Shown: piece by piece, positions 51,061 through 61,226 of the stretch | How positions within the stretch are numbered: the stretch's first letter is position 1 | Layout: every line of letters begins with the position of its first letter | Assembly (NCBI GenBank): GCA_965261595.1 | Contig: CBDHDG010000005.1 | Location: forward strand, 128,001 to 192,000 | DNA: 64,000 nucleotides | Source: a bacterium | GTDB lineage: Bacteria; UBA8248; JACPRG01; G963555815 | Direction: 5' to 3' | Translations under genes and position numbers: made by a program | The notes under the pieces: generated by a model | The model's database searches: none | Told to the model about the DNA's origin: nothing | The model's input: only the letters and a program-made list of their open reading frames with translations

Positions 51061-52491
51061 ATGAGTCCGGCACCTTCTGAGTTGGCCCGGCGGGCGTCGA
51101 AGGGTGTTCTTGCGGCCCTGTGCGCATTGAGCTTGTTGTGGGTCGGTGTCCCGCGGGCGGGCGCCCAGAAGCCGTCTTCCGGTGACGCGGGGTCCTCGAA
51201 GAGGACGCTGACGCTGGACCAGTGCATTCAAATCGCCCTGAAAAACAACCCCGAGATCAAAGAGCGCCGGGCGGGCGTGGCCGGCGCGCGGGCGCGGAAA
51301 TCTCAGGCCGACGCCGCGCGTTATCCGCAAATCGACGGCTTTGCCCTGCTCGGTCCATCGCCCCGGGCTCGAGGGAACCAGATTGACTCGCCGGACGATC
51401 AAGACAATCTCATCATCACCGGCGTTTTCGCCCGGGGAATCTTCAGCCTCGTTCAGCCCATCTTTACATTCGGCGAAATCAGCGGGTTGCGTAGCGCGGC
51501 CACCTCGAACATCAAGGTGGAGGCCGCGAAGGTCGACCAGAAGGCGGGCGAGGTCATCACGAAGGTTAAGGAGTACTATTACGGCTATTTGCTCGCCCGC
51601 GATTTGCTGAGCCTGGTGAAAGATGTCAAAGGTGAATTTGACGGCGCCAAGAAAAAAGTCCGCAAAGCGCTCGACGAGGACGCGGAATGGGCCGATGAAA
51701 TCGACCTCTACAAGCTGGAGGCCTTCTCTTCCACGGTTGATGGCGCGATGGCCCAAGCCCTGAAGTCCGTGCGATTGGCCATGGGCGCATTGAAGTTTTC
51801 CATGGGGTTGCCGGGTGATCGGCAAATCGCCCTGGCGGATTCTCACATCGTCCCGGACGTCAGCCGCGTGAGAAAGCTGCCTTTTTACCAGGAGCGGTCT
51901 TTGAAACTCCGTCCGGAGGTTCGTCAAATCCGCGAAGGCCTGAAGGCCCTTGGATCCCTGGTGCAAGTGGAACGGAGCAAGTATTTCCCCAAGCTGTTCA
52001 TTGGCGCCGTGCTGGATGTGGCCGAGGCGACCAACCGGGATGATCTCAATAACCCCTTTGTGATCGATCCCTTGAACCATGATACCGGCGGTGTGGCGGT
52101 GGGGTTCAAATGGCACTTCGATTTCGGCATTACGGCCGGACGGGTTTCCCAGGCTCGGGCGGAAGTCCAGAAGGTTATGCACAAGCGGACCTTCGCGCTC
52201 CAAGGGATTCCGTTGGAAGTCCGAAAAGCGCACGAGGAGCTTTTGGAAGCCGAGAAAAACATCAAGTCCACAGGGAATTCATACAAGTTCGCCAAGAAAT
52301 GGCTGGTCGCTTCGATCGCAAACTTTGACCTGGGCATCGGGGAGGCGGAGGAAATCTTCAAGGCCCTGGAACAATTTGCCAAGATCCGTGCGGAAAATTA
52401 TAAGCAAATCTATGCCTACAATATGGCCATTGCGAACCTCGATAGATCCAGCGGTCTGGCCATGAGATATCTCAATAAAATCAGCCAATGA
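51061..52491 (+). CDS. TolC-family outer membrane protein
   Basis: Signal peptide; LTLDQCIQIALKNNPEI; duplicated OEP repeats; start uncertain. Confidence 0.88.
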   Translation: MSPAPSELARRASKGVLAALCALSLLWVGVPRAGAQKPSSGDAGSSKRTLTLDQCIQIALKNNPEIKERRAGVAGARARKSQADAARYPQIDGFALLGPSPRARGNQIDSPDDQDNLIITGVFARGIFSLVQPIFTFGEISGLRSAATSNIKVEAAKVDQKAGEVITKVKEYYYGYLLARDLLSLVKDVKGEFDGAKKKVRKALDEDAEWADEIDLYKLEAFSSTVDGAMAQALKSVRLAMGALKFSMGLPGDRQIALADSHIVPDVSRVRKLPFYQERSLKLRPEVRQIREGLKALGSLVQVERSKYFPKLFIGAVLDVAEATNRDDLNNPFVIDPLNHDTGGVAVGFKWHFDFGITAGRVSQARAEVQKVMHKRTFALQGIPLEVRKAHEELLEAEKNIKSTGNSYKFAKKWLVASIANFDLGIGEAEEIFKALEQFAKIRAENYKQIYAYNMAIANLDRSSGLAMRYLNKISQ

Positions 52492-52567
52492 GGAGTCCCG
52501 CCCGCTGGAATATCTTTTGGTGGGGGGCTCTTCTGCATTCATATTGGTTTCATAGGAGGATCCCGCG

Positions 52568-53227
52568 TTGAATGGTCGCGTGAGATGCATCGGCGGGACG
52601 GCGGCCCTTGTGGGTTTCTTGCTCGCCGCGTGGGTTTTCACGGGGGGAGGGGCTCGCGCTCTGGCCGGTGAACCCCGGGAAGAGTTGAAAAGTTCCATCT
52701 CTCGGGTGTTGGAGGTGCTGAGGGATCCGGCTCTGAAGGGGAAGGAGCACCGGGAAGCCCGAAGGAAAAAGCTGCGCTCGATCATTCATGTCAGATTCGA
52801 TTTCGCTGAAATGGGGAAGCGGTCTCTCGCAAGGCAATGGTGGAAAAGGAGCCCGGAGGAAAAGAAGGAATTCGTCGACCTCTTCTCGCACCTTCTGGAA
52901 GACTCTTACGTGTCCAAGATCGAGGCCTATTCGAACGAGAAGATTGTTTATCCGAAGAAGCGCAAGGAAGAGCATTACGCCGAGGTCAATAGCAAGATCG
53001 TCCCGAAAAGCGGCCGGGATATCGCTATTGATTACCGGCTTCACAAGACGCCGGAAGGTTGGCTCGTCTACGACGTTATTATCGAAGGCGTGAGCCTGGT
53101 GGCGAATTACCGCAGGCAGTTCAAGCGCCTGATCCGGAGAAGCTCGTACGAGGAACTGCTTGCCCGCATGAAGACCAAGCGGGGAGGGTTCGAAGTCAAC
53201 ACCGACGGGAAGGGCAAAAAGTTATAG
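52568..53227 (+). CDS. mlaC: MlaC/Ttg2D phospholipid-binding protein
   Basis: FDFAEMGKRSL, IDYRL, WLVYDVIIEGVSLVANYRRQF. Confidence 0.95.
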   Translation: MNGRVRCIGGTAALVGFLLAAWVFTGGGARALAGEPREELKSSISRVLEVLRDPALKGKEHREARRKKLRSIIHVRFDFAEMGKRSLARQWWKRSPEEKKEFVDLFSHLLEDSYVSKIEAYSNEKIVYPKKRKEEHYAEVNSKIVPKSGRDIAIDYRLHKTPEGWLVYDVIIEGVSLVANYRRQFKRLIRRSSYEELLARMKTKRGGFEVNTDGKGKKL

Positions 53228-53576
53228 ATGTAGCGTCTCGGACATCTCTTTTTGTCTCGAGACCCGAGCCTTCCTTCCCGCCCGGGCGGTGACGCCGGGG
53301 TTTTTAGACGGGCCGGGCGCGGCGAAAGGTCGGCTTTGTTCTCGACGGGCTTGCTCACCCGCGGCTCCAATCACACTGATCTCCTGATTTTCATGCCTAC
53401 CCCTTGTGTCCGGCCGGTTTCAATCAGGCGCAAGCCCTTGAGCGCAATCAATGGTCCAATGAAGTCTTGATCCCATCGCGGACGATCCACCTTCCGTCCC
53501 CGGGAAGGCGATCAACCCGGATGGAAAGCGGACGCCGTTCGGATCCATCACCCGGGAGAGGATGTTGGGACCGCCG

Positions 53577-54005
53577 ATGAGTTTGGTTCGCATGACAGGC
53601 AGGCTGATCAAAGGCCGGGGGGAGGGGGCGGGATTCACACAGATTCCCTGGGTCAAGGAAGCCTTTACGCGGATTCTGGGTTTCGAGCCTTATCCGGGGA
53701 CGGTCAACCTTCGGGTGGATCTCTCCTCCGAGGCGAAGGACGCCCTGCGAATCATCCGAAAGTCGGAAGGGATTTTGATGCCGCCTCCGGAAGGGTCGGG
53801 ATTCTGCGCCGCCCGGTGTTTCCGGGGAAGGTTGGGGGCCGCGTGTTCCGCGGGCTTGGTCATCCCGGACGTGGAGGGTTACTACGAGGATGTATTGGAG
53901 CTCGTGGCGCCCGTGAACGTCCGGGAGGCCTTGGGGGTTTCCGAAGGGGAAACGATCGAGGTGGAGATCGATCTGGACTCCGGCCCGGAAAGCGGGGGGA
54001 CCTGA
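53577..54005 (+). CDS. CTP-dependent (archaeal-type) riboflavin kinase
   Basis: GRGEGAGF, LGFEPYPGTVN, LELVAPVNVREALG. Confidence 0.85.
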   Translation: MSLVRMTGRLIKGRGEGAGFTQIPWVKEAFTRILGFEPYPGTVNLRVDLSSEAKDALRIIRKSEGILMPPPEGSGFCAARCFRGRLGAACSAGLVIPDVEGYYEDVLELVAPVNVREALGVSEGETIEVEIDLDSGPESGGT

Positions 54006-54280
54006 TGTCCGCGCCTCGGGTCCGTCCCGGATTCTGGCAAATCTGGAGACAAGGCCGGCTGGCGGTCCGGCTGTTGAAAGACGATCGGGTCCCCGCCTGG
54101 CCGAAGGCCATCTTGGCGCTGGGGATGGTCTATCTGCTGTCGCCCATCGACTTGATTCCGGATTTCTCCCTGCCCGGCTTGGGTTACGTGGACGACCTGT
54201 TTCTCCTCCTGCTGGCCCTGCGGGGGTTTATCGCGGTTTGTCCGAACCCTGTGGTGCGGGAGCACTTGCGGGGGATCTAG
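54005..54280 (+). CDS. YkvA/DUF1232 membrane protein
   Basis: YLLSPIDLIPD...GLGYVDD. Confidence 0.9.
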   Translation: MSAPRVRPGFWQIWRQGRLAVRLLKDDRVPAWPKAILALGMVYLLSPIDLIPDFSLPGLGYVDDLFLLLLALRGFIAVCPNPVVREHLRGI

Positions 54281-54586
54281 CCTCAATCCGGCGGCGCCTC
54301 TTTCCAGGATGTCCCGTTTCACAAGCCGACCCCCCCGCTTCTCTCCGGGGTCGCGTGAATCGCCGCAAAGCCCGTCCATTTCAGCGGCGGCGCGTTGCGC
54401 CCGCCTTTCTCGCTTTATCCGTTTTGGGCCGTATCGGTGTGCTTTGCGAATGGGTCTCGTTGCCGGAGATCCAACGTCCCGGCGCGCCGATGCCTCCGCG
54501 CGGCCATGATAGAGGTATCTCTTCCGGCCGGCCGGGTTTCATTCACGTCTGAACCGGCCGGGAAGGGGAAGCTCCTCTTCTCGTCG

Positions 54587-55126
54587 TCAATTGGGTTCGA
54601 CGGAGGCCTCCAGCGCGAAAGGTCCATGGGGCGACGTGAAGGGGATGATGAAGCTGAATCCGGCCGAGACGTGACTCAGGGTGTGTCCGTCGCCGGAGAC
54701 GACTGTGGGGAGACCCGCCTCCATGCTCACGCCGTGTTCGGACATCCGCCGCCGGGCGTCGCCGCAGATCATGTTTGTGAACTCGCCGATTGTGTCTTCG
54801 ACCTCTTTGTCGATTTCAGTCTTTTTGTCTCCGAACAGAGCCTCCGTGAGACCCAAGGCGCATTCCCGGCTGAAGCTCAAGGCCAGGGAGCCGCGCCCTT
54901 CACCGGCGAAACCAATGACGCCGCTGACAGCGAAATCCATAATGCCGACGACATCGGATCGCTCCTGGTCGGATCGCTTGATGCTGGGTGTGCCCGGCGT
55001 GGTTTCCAGGCCGGCCATCGAGCTCATGACCGATTTGGTTCCCTGGACGATGGCCTGGGCCATAATGGCGTAAAAGCTTTTGGCCTTCCCTTTTGTTGCA
55101 GTCGCTCCGTTCTCTGGCGGGGGCAT
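54587..55126 (-). CDS. cheX: Chemotaxis phosphatase CheX
   Basis: VSGVIGFAG, DTIGEFTNMICG, LPTVVSG. Confidence 0.92.
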   Translation of the reverse strand: MPPPENGATATKGKAKSFYAIMAQAIVQGTKSVMSSMAGLETTPGTPSIKRSDQERSDVVGIMDFAVSGVIGFAGEGRGSLALSFSRECALGLTEALFGDKKTEIDKEVEDTIGEFTNMICGDARRRMSEHGVSMEAGLPTVVSGDGHTLSHVSAGFSFIIPFTSPHGPFALEASVEPN

Positions 55127-55254
55127 TCGAATTCCCTCCTCCTATTCTTGAGGGTGACGTTGTGCAAGCCGCGGGGCGCCCGTTCCCGCCGAAACGGGAA
55201 ATTGACGCTCGGCGCGGGATCGGAAGTGAGCTCCCGCTGCCGCGTTGTCAGCCT

Positions 55255-55647
55255 CTAGTTCAGGTTTTTGAAAATGGCAGTCATCTTCTCTTCAAGGACA
55301 TCCGGGGTGAATGGTTTCACCACGTAGTTGTTGGCCCCGGCCGAGATAGCCATGACGACGTTTTCCTTGAGGGCCTCGGCCGTGACCATGAGGAGGGGGG
55401 TGTTTTTGATTGACTCCTCCGCGCGAATGTTTTTCAAAAGGTCAAGACCATTCATGACGGGCATGTTCCAGTCGGAGACGACAAAATCAATCCCCCCGTC
55501 CTGGACGGCCTTGAAGGCCTCGGCGCCGTTCTCCGCCTCGACGATGTTTTCAAACCCAAGCTGGCGGAGAATACCCCGGACAATCCGCCTCATGGTTGAG
55601 AAATCGTCAACAACGAGGATCCGCATGTTTTTGTCCATCTCACTCAT
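55255..55647 (-). CDS. cheY: Chemotaxis response regulator CheY
   Basis: [30 protein letters not shown]. Confidence 0.96.
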   Translation of the reverse strand: MSEMDKNMRILVVDDFSTMRRIVRGILRQLGFENIVEAENGAEAFKAVQDGGIDFVVSDWNMPVMNGLDLLKNIRAEESIKNTPLLMVTAEALKENVVMAISAGANNYVVKPFTPDVLEEKMTAIFKNLN

Positions 55648-56185
55648 GTCCCTTTCCTAAACCGGTGCCGTGTGTGTTCAAGTTCGCCGACTCCATCGTG
55701 GCTTGTCCTTTCTAAGAGCTTCGGCGCTCGCCGGCGCGAGCGACCACGGGGGAGAACGAACTGCCTCGCCCCTATTTTGATTCGCGTCCCGGGGTGTTCC
55801 GGAAACGATGCGGGGCCGTCTCGTCTTGCGGCAATCAGACGGCTTTGTCTTCGGCGGCCCTTGCCGGTTTCATGTCCTCCCCCCTGTGGTTCGGATCACG
55901 CCCACAGCTTCAATATCGGTGAACGCGGCGTTGGACTTGAACGAAACGCATGCCGCCGGGGGGCGGCCCCAAATGAGCGGATCATCCGAACCTCGTCGGC
56001 CGATTTTCCGGACCCAATCCGTTGCCTGGGGATCGGCGGCGATTCGCGGTCCGCCGGCAAGGCCCTGGATTCCGATCGGGTTATTTGCAATCTTCGGCGA
56101 TGGCTTCCGTGATCTCCTTCAGGACGAGGGCCAACTTTTCATCCAGCGGATTGGCGCCGCGATCGTGGACGGACTCCGCAGCCGT

Positions 56186-56410
56186 CTAAGGTGATGCGTT
56201 GCCCCACCGGCCCGATGGGCCGCCCGCCGGTTGCGCCGCCGCCGTCGGGGCGTTTTGACTTCCCCCGGCGTTCGCCTCTTCTTCCGTCATGATGGCTTCT
56301 TTGATTTCCTGAAGCAGGAGATCGTCGGTCATCAGGCTGGATTCGCCGGCGTCTTGGATCTCCTCCGGCGGATTTTTTACTGACATGTCATCGCATTCCG
56401 TTTGGGACAT
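56186..56410 (-). CDS. Small acidic hypothetical protein
   Basis: ORF with biased composition (DDLLLQEIKEAIM) upstream of cheY. Confidence 0.35.
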   Translation of the reverse strand: MSQTECDDMSVKNPPEEIQDAGESSLMTDDLLLQEIKEAIMTEEEANAGGSQNAPTAAAQPAGGPSGRWGNASP

Positions 56411-57334
56411 TCCTGTGTCCACTCCCTGGTGTCCACCATAACCGGTGTGCATCCCATCGATCCCGGCCGAGCGTCTTCGATAGACCTTCAGGTCGTCTGT
56501 CTCGAAGCTCCCCGTTTCTTCCGGTGTCCTTCACGCAAGGCGGCCACGGAAGGGTGATTCCCGAAGAACCCTATAGGCCCATACGTCGCGGCGGCCCCTC
56601 CCCGCAGATGGGGGGCCATATCCATTTTCGTCAAGACCACAATGGTGATGAGCGCGATGAGCGAAAATTTCCCGGGAAAATCCTCATCCCGGCCGCCCAG
56701 TCCCTCTCAATAAGCCCGATGTGGTCTACACGGGGCATGGACCCTCTTGGGTCCGAGCCGCAAGGGCGTGATGGAGGGAGACGGCCCCGCGGATCATCCC
56801 TTACACTACGCATCGGCAAATTCCAGATAAGCATGAACTGCAATGGGTGTGCCGGAAGAGTCTCATCGAGCCGGAAAATGTGTGGGCCGGCCGGTCAGAA
56901 GCGCGATGGACCTGTAACAGATTGGAATCAAATAGGTTGGAACGATTTCCACCGCGTATGGATATGTTATGTCAACGGAAATCCCCGGGCGAGTTGTTTG
57001 AAGATGAATCCGGGTCTTGCGGGAAATCAGTCGGTTTTCCGACAGGATCCGCCTTCGCGCGAGTGATTTCATCCGGTGGATAAGCATCTTTCCATGGAGG
57101 GGGATTTCTTGCCGTTCATCCATCAAGATTCGGGACGGCCGGAGAGCGCCCCCTCGCGAAGGGCAAACGGGCGCGGCCGAAAGGGTCGACTTACAAGGTT
57201 GAAACCGAGTGCCGCTTCGCGTGCGCGAAAAAGAGATTTTTAGCAACCCGGGATGATTTCCCGTCATATAATGAGTGAAAAGACATGTGTTGTTAGCGTG
57301 TCGTCGGGGAAAGGGTTCCCCAGCGGGGTCGGTG

Positions 57335-57808
57335 ATGGGACGTCAAGAGGCCGAAGAGTTCTTTGCGCGGGCCTGGGAAAATCACCGCAAAGGGGACGTG
57401 GACCGCGCCATCGCGCTCTACGAAGAGTCCATCCGGGCATTCCCGACCGCCGAGGCCTACACCTTTCTGGGCTGGGCTTACAGCCATCAAGGGGATCTGG
57501 ATCGGGCCATTGAAGAGTGTCGCCGGGCCATCGAGACGGACCCGGATTATGGCAACCCCTATAACGACATCGGCGCGTACCTGGTCCAGAAGGGGAAGCA
57601 TGAGGACGCCATCCCCTGGCTTGAGAAGGCGATGCGCGCGGGGCGCTACGAGAGTTATCACTATCCCCACATGAATCTGGGGCGCGTCTATTTACATCAG
57701 AAAAATTACGTGAAGGCGATGGCGGAGTTCGAGAAGGCCCTGAAATTCGAGCCGGCGTATACGCTCGCGAAGGTTCAACTGGCCAAGTTGCGGGCGATGT
57801 TCAATTGA
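57335..57808 (+). CDS. TPR protein
   Basis: AEAYTFLGW, GNPYNDIG, PHMNLGRVY repeats. Confidence 0.9.
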   Translation: MGRQEAEEFFARAWENHRKGDVDRAIALYEESIRAFPTAEAYTFLGWAYSHQGDLDRAIEECRRAIETDPDYGNPYNDIGAYLVQKGKHEDAIPWLEKAMRAGRYESYHYPHMNLGRVYLHQKNYVKAMAEFEKALKFEPAYTLAKVQLAKLRAMFN

Positions 57809-58024
57809 GATCCCGGGAGTCAACGTCGAACTTTTGAAAAAATCCATCAGAACGGAAACGAGGCCCGTTCATGGCGGCGGTCCTTTGGGTTTCCCCGATC
57901 ACGGATCGCTTGCCCTTTGTATTGGTGAGGAATCCAGGCTACCCCCCCCCCCCCCAACCCTGAAGCCCCCGATGAGCGGACACAATGAGAGAAGGGCTTC
58001 CTCTTCTCCTGTGCGAAGCGCCGG

Positions 58025-59290
58025 CTAAGGAATTTCAGCGCGCGCGAAGGGGGCCTTCGCCGCGTCGAGATGCCTCTTGACGATGACGGCCTCCACCGTA
58101 CGCCGGCCGTCGCCGATCTCCAACGGCTGACCGGCCGCCAGGTCCGCGCGCAGATACGCCAAGCCGATGGCCCGGCGGCCGCTTTCCTCGGACGGATTCG
58201 CGCCATCAAATTGCCAATAGGGGATCATCGTCCCGCTGGTGACATGGCCCGCCGGCGCGCCCCCGCCCGACGGCGAGACCTCATGGCCCTGCCGGGCGAT
58301 TCCCCTTCCGGTGACCCTGAAGGGGAAGATCCGTTTGGGCAGCGTCCAGGACCCGGGCGGGCCGTCCATCTCTCCCTTGCGCCTCGCTTCCAGCTCCCGG
58401 TGCTGGGCTTGCAGAGCCTCCCGCCCGACGAAGTCGCCCTTTTCCTCCGAAAAGCTCACGGCGAAGCGTGAGAGGGGAACGGCGAAGATGGGGATGTCCC
58501 GGCCGTCGGGTCCTGGACCGAACTCGTGGCCGTAGAGCGGATAGCCCGCCTCCAGGCGCAATGAATCCCGGGCGCCCAGCCCCACGGGCGAGATCCCCAG
58601 AGGACCTCCCGCCGAAATCAGCCTCTCCCAAAGCCCGACAGCGAACTCCGCCGGCGTGAAAAGCTCGAATGAATGGGGCTCCCCGGTGTATCCCGTCCGG
58701 GAGAGGATGAGAGGCTGGGCCTCAATCTTTACGGATGTGAAGGAATTTCGCTTCGCTTCCAGGAGGGACCGGATGGCGCTTCTTGCCGGGTCGGGCAGCA
58801 TGGCTTCCAGGATGGCCGGAGATTCCGGACCCTGAAGAGAAGTCATGAAGAGGTCCGCGGTGATGTCCTTGAGCTCGGCCTTCGGGAATCGCTCCAGATG
58901 TTGGGACAGCACGCCGTAATCCTTGCCCGTGTTCGAGGCGTTGACGACCAGGAGGTAATCGCCTTCGCCCCGTTGATAGAGATAAGCGTCGTCCACCGCC
59001 GCGCCCGCCTCGTCGGGGATGATGGTGTACTGGGCGAGGCCGGGCGTCAGGGCGGAGGCGTCGTTGGTCAGCGTGTGTTGGAGGAAGGGGAGGGCTCCCT
59101 CGCCGCTCACCCGGAACCTCCCCATGTGGGAGATGTCGAACAAGCCCGCCCCCTTCCGCGTGGCCAGGTGCTCCGCGAGGATGCCCGGGGCGTAGTTCAC
59201 CGGCATGTCCCATCCGCCGAAAGGGACCATCCTGGCCCCGTTCTCGCGGTGCCAGCCGTTCAAAAGGGTTTTTTTCATTGCTTCGGTCAT
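58025..59290 (-). CDS. gcvT: Glycine cleavage aminomethyltransferase T
   Basis: FGGWDMP, LFDISHMG, SRTGYTGE, GLGARDSLRLEAG. Confidence 0.93.
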   Translation of the reverse strand: MTEAMKKTLLNGWHRENGARMVPFGGWDMPVNYAPGILAEHLATRKGAGLFDISHMGRFRVSGEGALPFLQHTLTNDASALTPGLAQYTIIPDEAGAAVDDAYLYQRGEGDYLLVVNASNTGKDYGVLSQHLERFPKAELKDITADLFMTSLQGPESPAILEAMLPDPARSAIRSLLEAKRNSFTSVKIEAQPLILSRTGYTGEPHSFELFTPAEFAVGLWERLISAGGPLGISPVGLGARDSLRLEAGYPLYGHEFGPGPDGRDIPIFAVPLSRFAVSFSEEKGDFVGREALQAQHRELEARRKGEMDGPPGSWTLPKRIFPFRVTGRGIARQGHEVSPSGGGAPAGHVTSGTMIPYWQFDGANPSEESGRRAIGLAYLRADLAAGQPLEIGDGRRTVEAVIVKRHLDAAKAPFARAEIP

Positions 59291-59313
59291 GGTCTTTCTT
59301 CCGGATTGGCGGG

Positions 59314-60150
59314 TTATGGGGCGGTCGGCGTTTCGAGGGGAAGCTCTTCGTGGTCCCCCCACTCCTTCCAGGATCCGACGTAGTTCCGGACGTTCGGATA
59401 GCCGATGAGCCGTAACGCCAGGTAGGCATGGGCCGACCGGTAACCTCCCTGGCAGTAGGGGATGATGAGCTTCTCCGAGGTCACGCCCTGTCCCTCGTAC
59501 ATCGTTTTCAGCTCCGCCGCGGGTTTGTAGCAACCCTCCCCGTCCAGGTTCTTCGTCCATTCAATGTGGACGGCGCCCGGAATGGCCCCGCCCCGCTTGG
59601 CGCGGACGAGCTTTCCGGTGTATTCGTCGTCCGAGCGGGTGTCGAGGATGCAGACATCAGGATCCCCCAGCCGCGCCAGGATGTCGTCCGCGCTGGCCAG
59701 CCGGTCCGCGATCGGATGGTCGCCGACGAATTTCGTCGATTTCGTGTCCACGGGGTCCGTGCTCAGCGGAAGGCCCGCCGCCTTCCAGGCGCCGATTCCC
59801 CCGTCCAGGACGTGGACGTCTTCGTGTCCGAAGTATTCCAGGAACCAGAATCCGCGGCTCGACTTGAACCCGGAGTTTTCCTCGTAAAAGACGATGGTCT
59901 TATCGTCATCCACGCCCCGGCTCGCCATCAGGTAGGAGATCATCCACATGAACGCCGCGAGCGGATCGGGCCGCGTATCGTTCAGGCTGATCCCGAACAG
60001 GTCGAAGTGAACCGCCCCCGGGAGGTGTCCGCGGACGTAATCCGCCGTCGGCCGGACGTCGATAACCAGGAGCCTGTCCTCTCCGAGACGCTCGTTCAAC
60101 GGACGGGGGGCGAAAAGGAGGTTCGGATTTGCGTAATGGCGATCATTCAT
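59314..60150 (-). CDS. Two-domain sulfurtransferase (rhodanese)
   Basis: GHLPGAV, YCQGGYRS, YVGSWKEW. Confidence 0.93.
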   Translation of the reverse strand: MNDRHYANPNLLFAPRPLNERLGEDRLLVIDVRPTADYVRGHLPGAVHFDLFGISLNDTRPDPLAAFMWMISYLMASRGVDDDKTIVFYEENSGFKSSRGFWFLEYFGHEDVHVLDGGIGAWKAAGLPLSTDPVDTKSTKFVGDHPIADRLASADDILARLGDPDVCILDTRSDDEYTGKLVRAKRGGAIPGAVHIEWTKNLDGEGCYKPAAELKTMYEGQGVTSEKLIIPYCQGGYRSAHAYLALRLIGYPNVRNYVGSWKEWGDHEELPLETPTAP

Positions 60151-60272
60151 GGCCGGTTGATTCCGTTCGCGAGGCGGCCCCCCGACGCGATTCTGCCGGG
60201 ACGGCCCCGTTTCCTGGGTGGAGTCCGGAGCGGACCGCACCTGAAGGGGCGCCCCTCGATAGGTGGGGATCT

Positions 60273-60629
60273 CTATTCGTATTCCGTCTGGGTCTCCGTC
60301 AAATGAAGGTAATCTTCCCTCACCGGGCTGAAGATATCCAGGTTGAGGGCGGGCTCGTCTCCCAGGATATCGGCGAAGTGAATGACATCGGGAGGGATGA
60401 CGCAGAGGCTTCCCGGTCCCATCTCGTGGACCTCTTCCCCCACGGTGAAGCGGACCCGGCCCTTCAGGATGTATGCGAGCTGCTCGAAGGGATGGCTGTG
60501 CGGCCGCCTCTCCATGCCCGGCTGAAGCTCGTTGAGAACCATCAGCGTTTGGGCCGACCGAAAACCCTTGCGGCGCACCCCGGGACGGACTTCTTCCCAG
60601 GGGAGATTGTCCCAGTGGTATGTGTTCAT
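60273..60629 (-). CDS. Cupin-domain protein
   Basis: PHSHPFEQ, IPPDVIH, DIFSPVREDY. Confidence 0.9.
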   Translation of the reverse strand: MNTYHWDNLPWEEVRPGVRRKGFRSAQTLMVLNELQPGMERRPHSHPFEQLAYILKGRVRFTVGEEVHEMGPGSLCVIPPDVIHFADILGDEPALNLDIFSPVREDYLHLTETQTEYE

Positions 60630-61226
60630 GTGTCTGTCCGGAATTCTTTCGTGGGTGGTGTTTCTCAGGCCCTCGTTTGAACCGATGGATGATTCGGTTT
60701 ACCGGGCGGATCGGGATTCAGTATGCGCCCGCCTCGACCGAGTCACCGTCCGCCTCGACGGGAATGGATGCCTGAGACGGAAGGACGAATCGAACTCAAA
60801 ATCCCCATAGATTACCGCCCGGGCCGGGGCTTGACAACCCAATATTGGGAACATGAGGCGGGTCTGCCGGTTTAATTTCCGTTACAAGCGCTCGAATGAC
60901 GGAAAAAGTCTTGACGTGCTCAGAATTGCGGATAAGTAAGTGTTTGTCTTCAGTCTGACCCCGGTGCATGGGTGACTTCCCGTCTGCCCTCCAGCCCATG
61001 CGGTGGGGTTTTTTTGCCTGAAATCCGCGAAAATCCTTCCGGTTTCATCCGCCGGCGAAGCCGTCGGCCGGGTCATGCCCTCTATCATCCCGACGGGGTT
61101 GGGTCCCGGTCTCGACCCGGGCGCGGGCGGACGCCTGTTTCCGGCGGGCCGGTGGTTGAAATCCCGCGTCGTCGGCGGTAGGCTGGCGCTGTCCTGAGCA
61201 TTTCGCCAAGAAAATCCGGAGGAACC

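Noticed and set aside
56450..57300. Long intergenic region with short ORFs
   Set aside because: No convincing coding signal or recognisable RNA motif by eye
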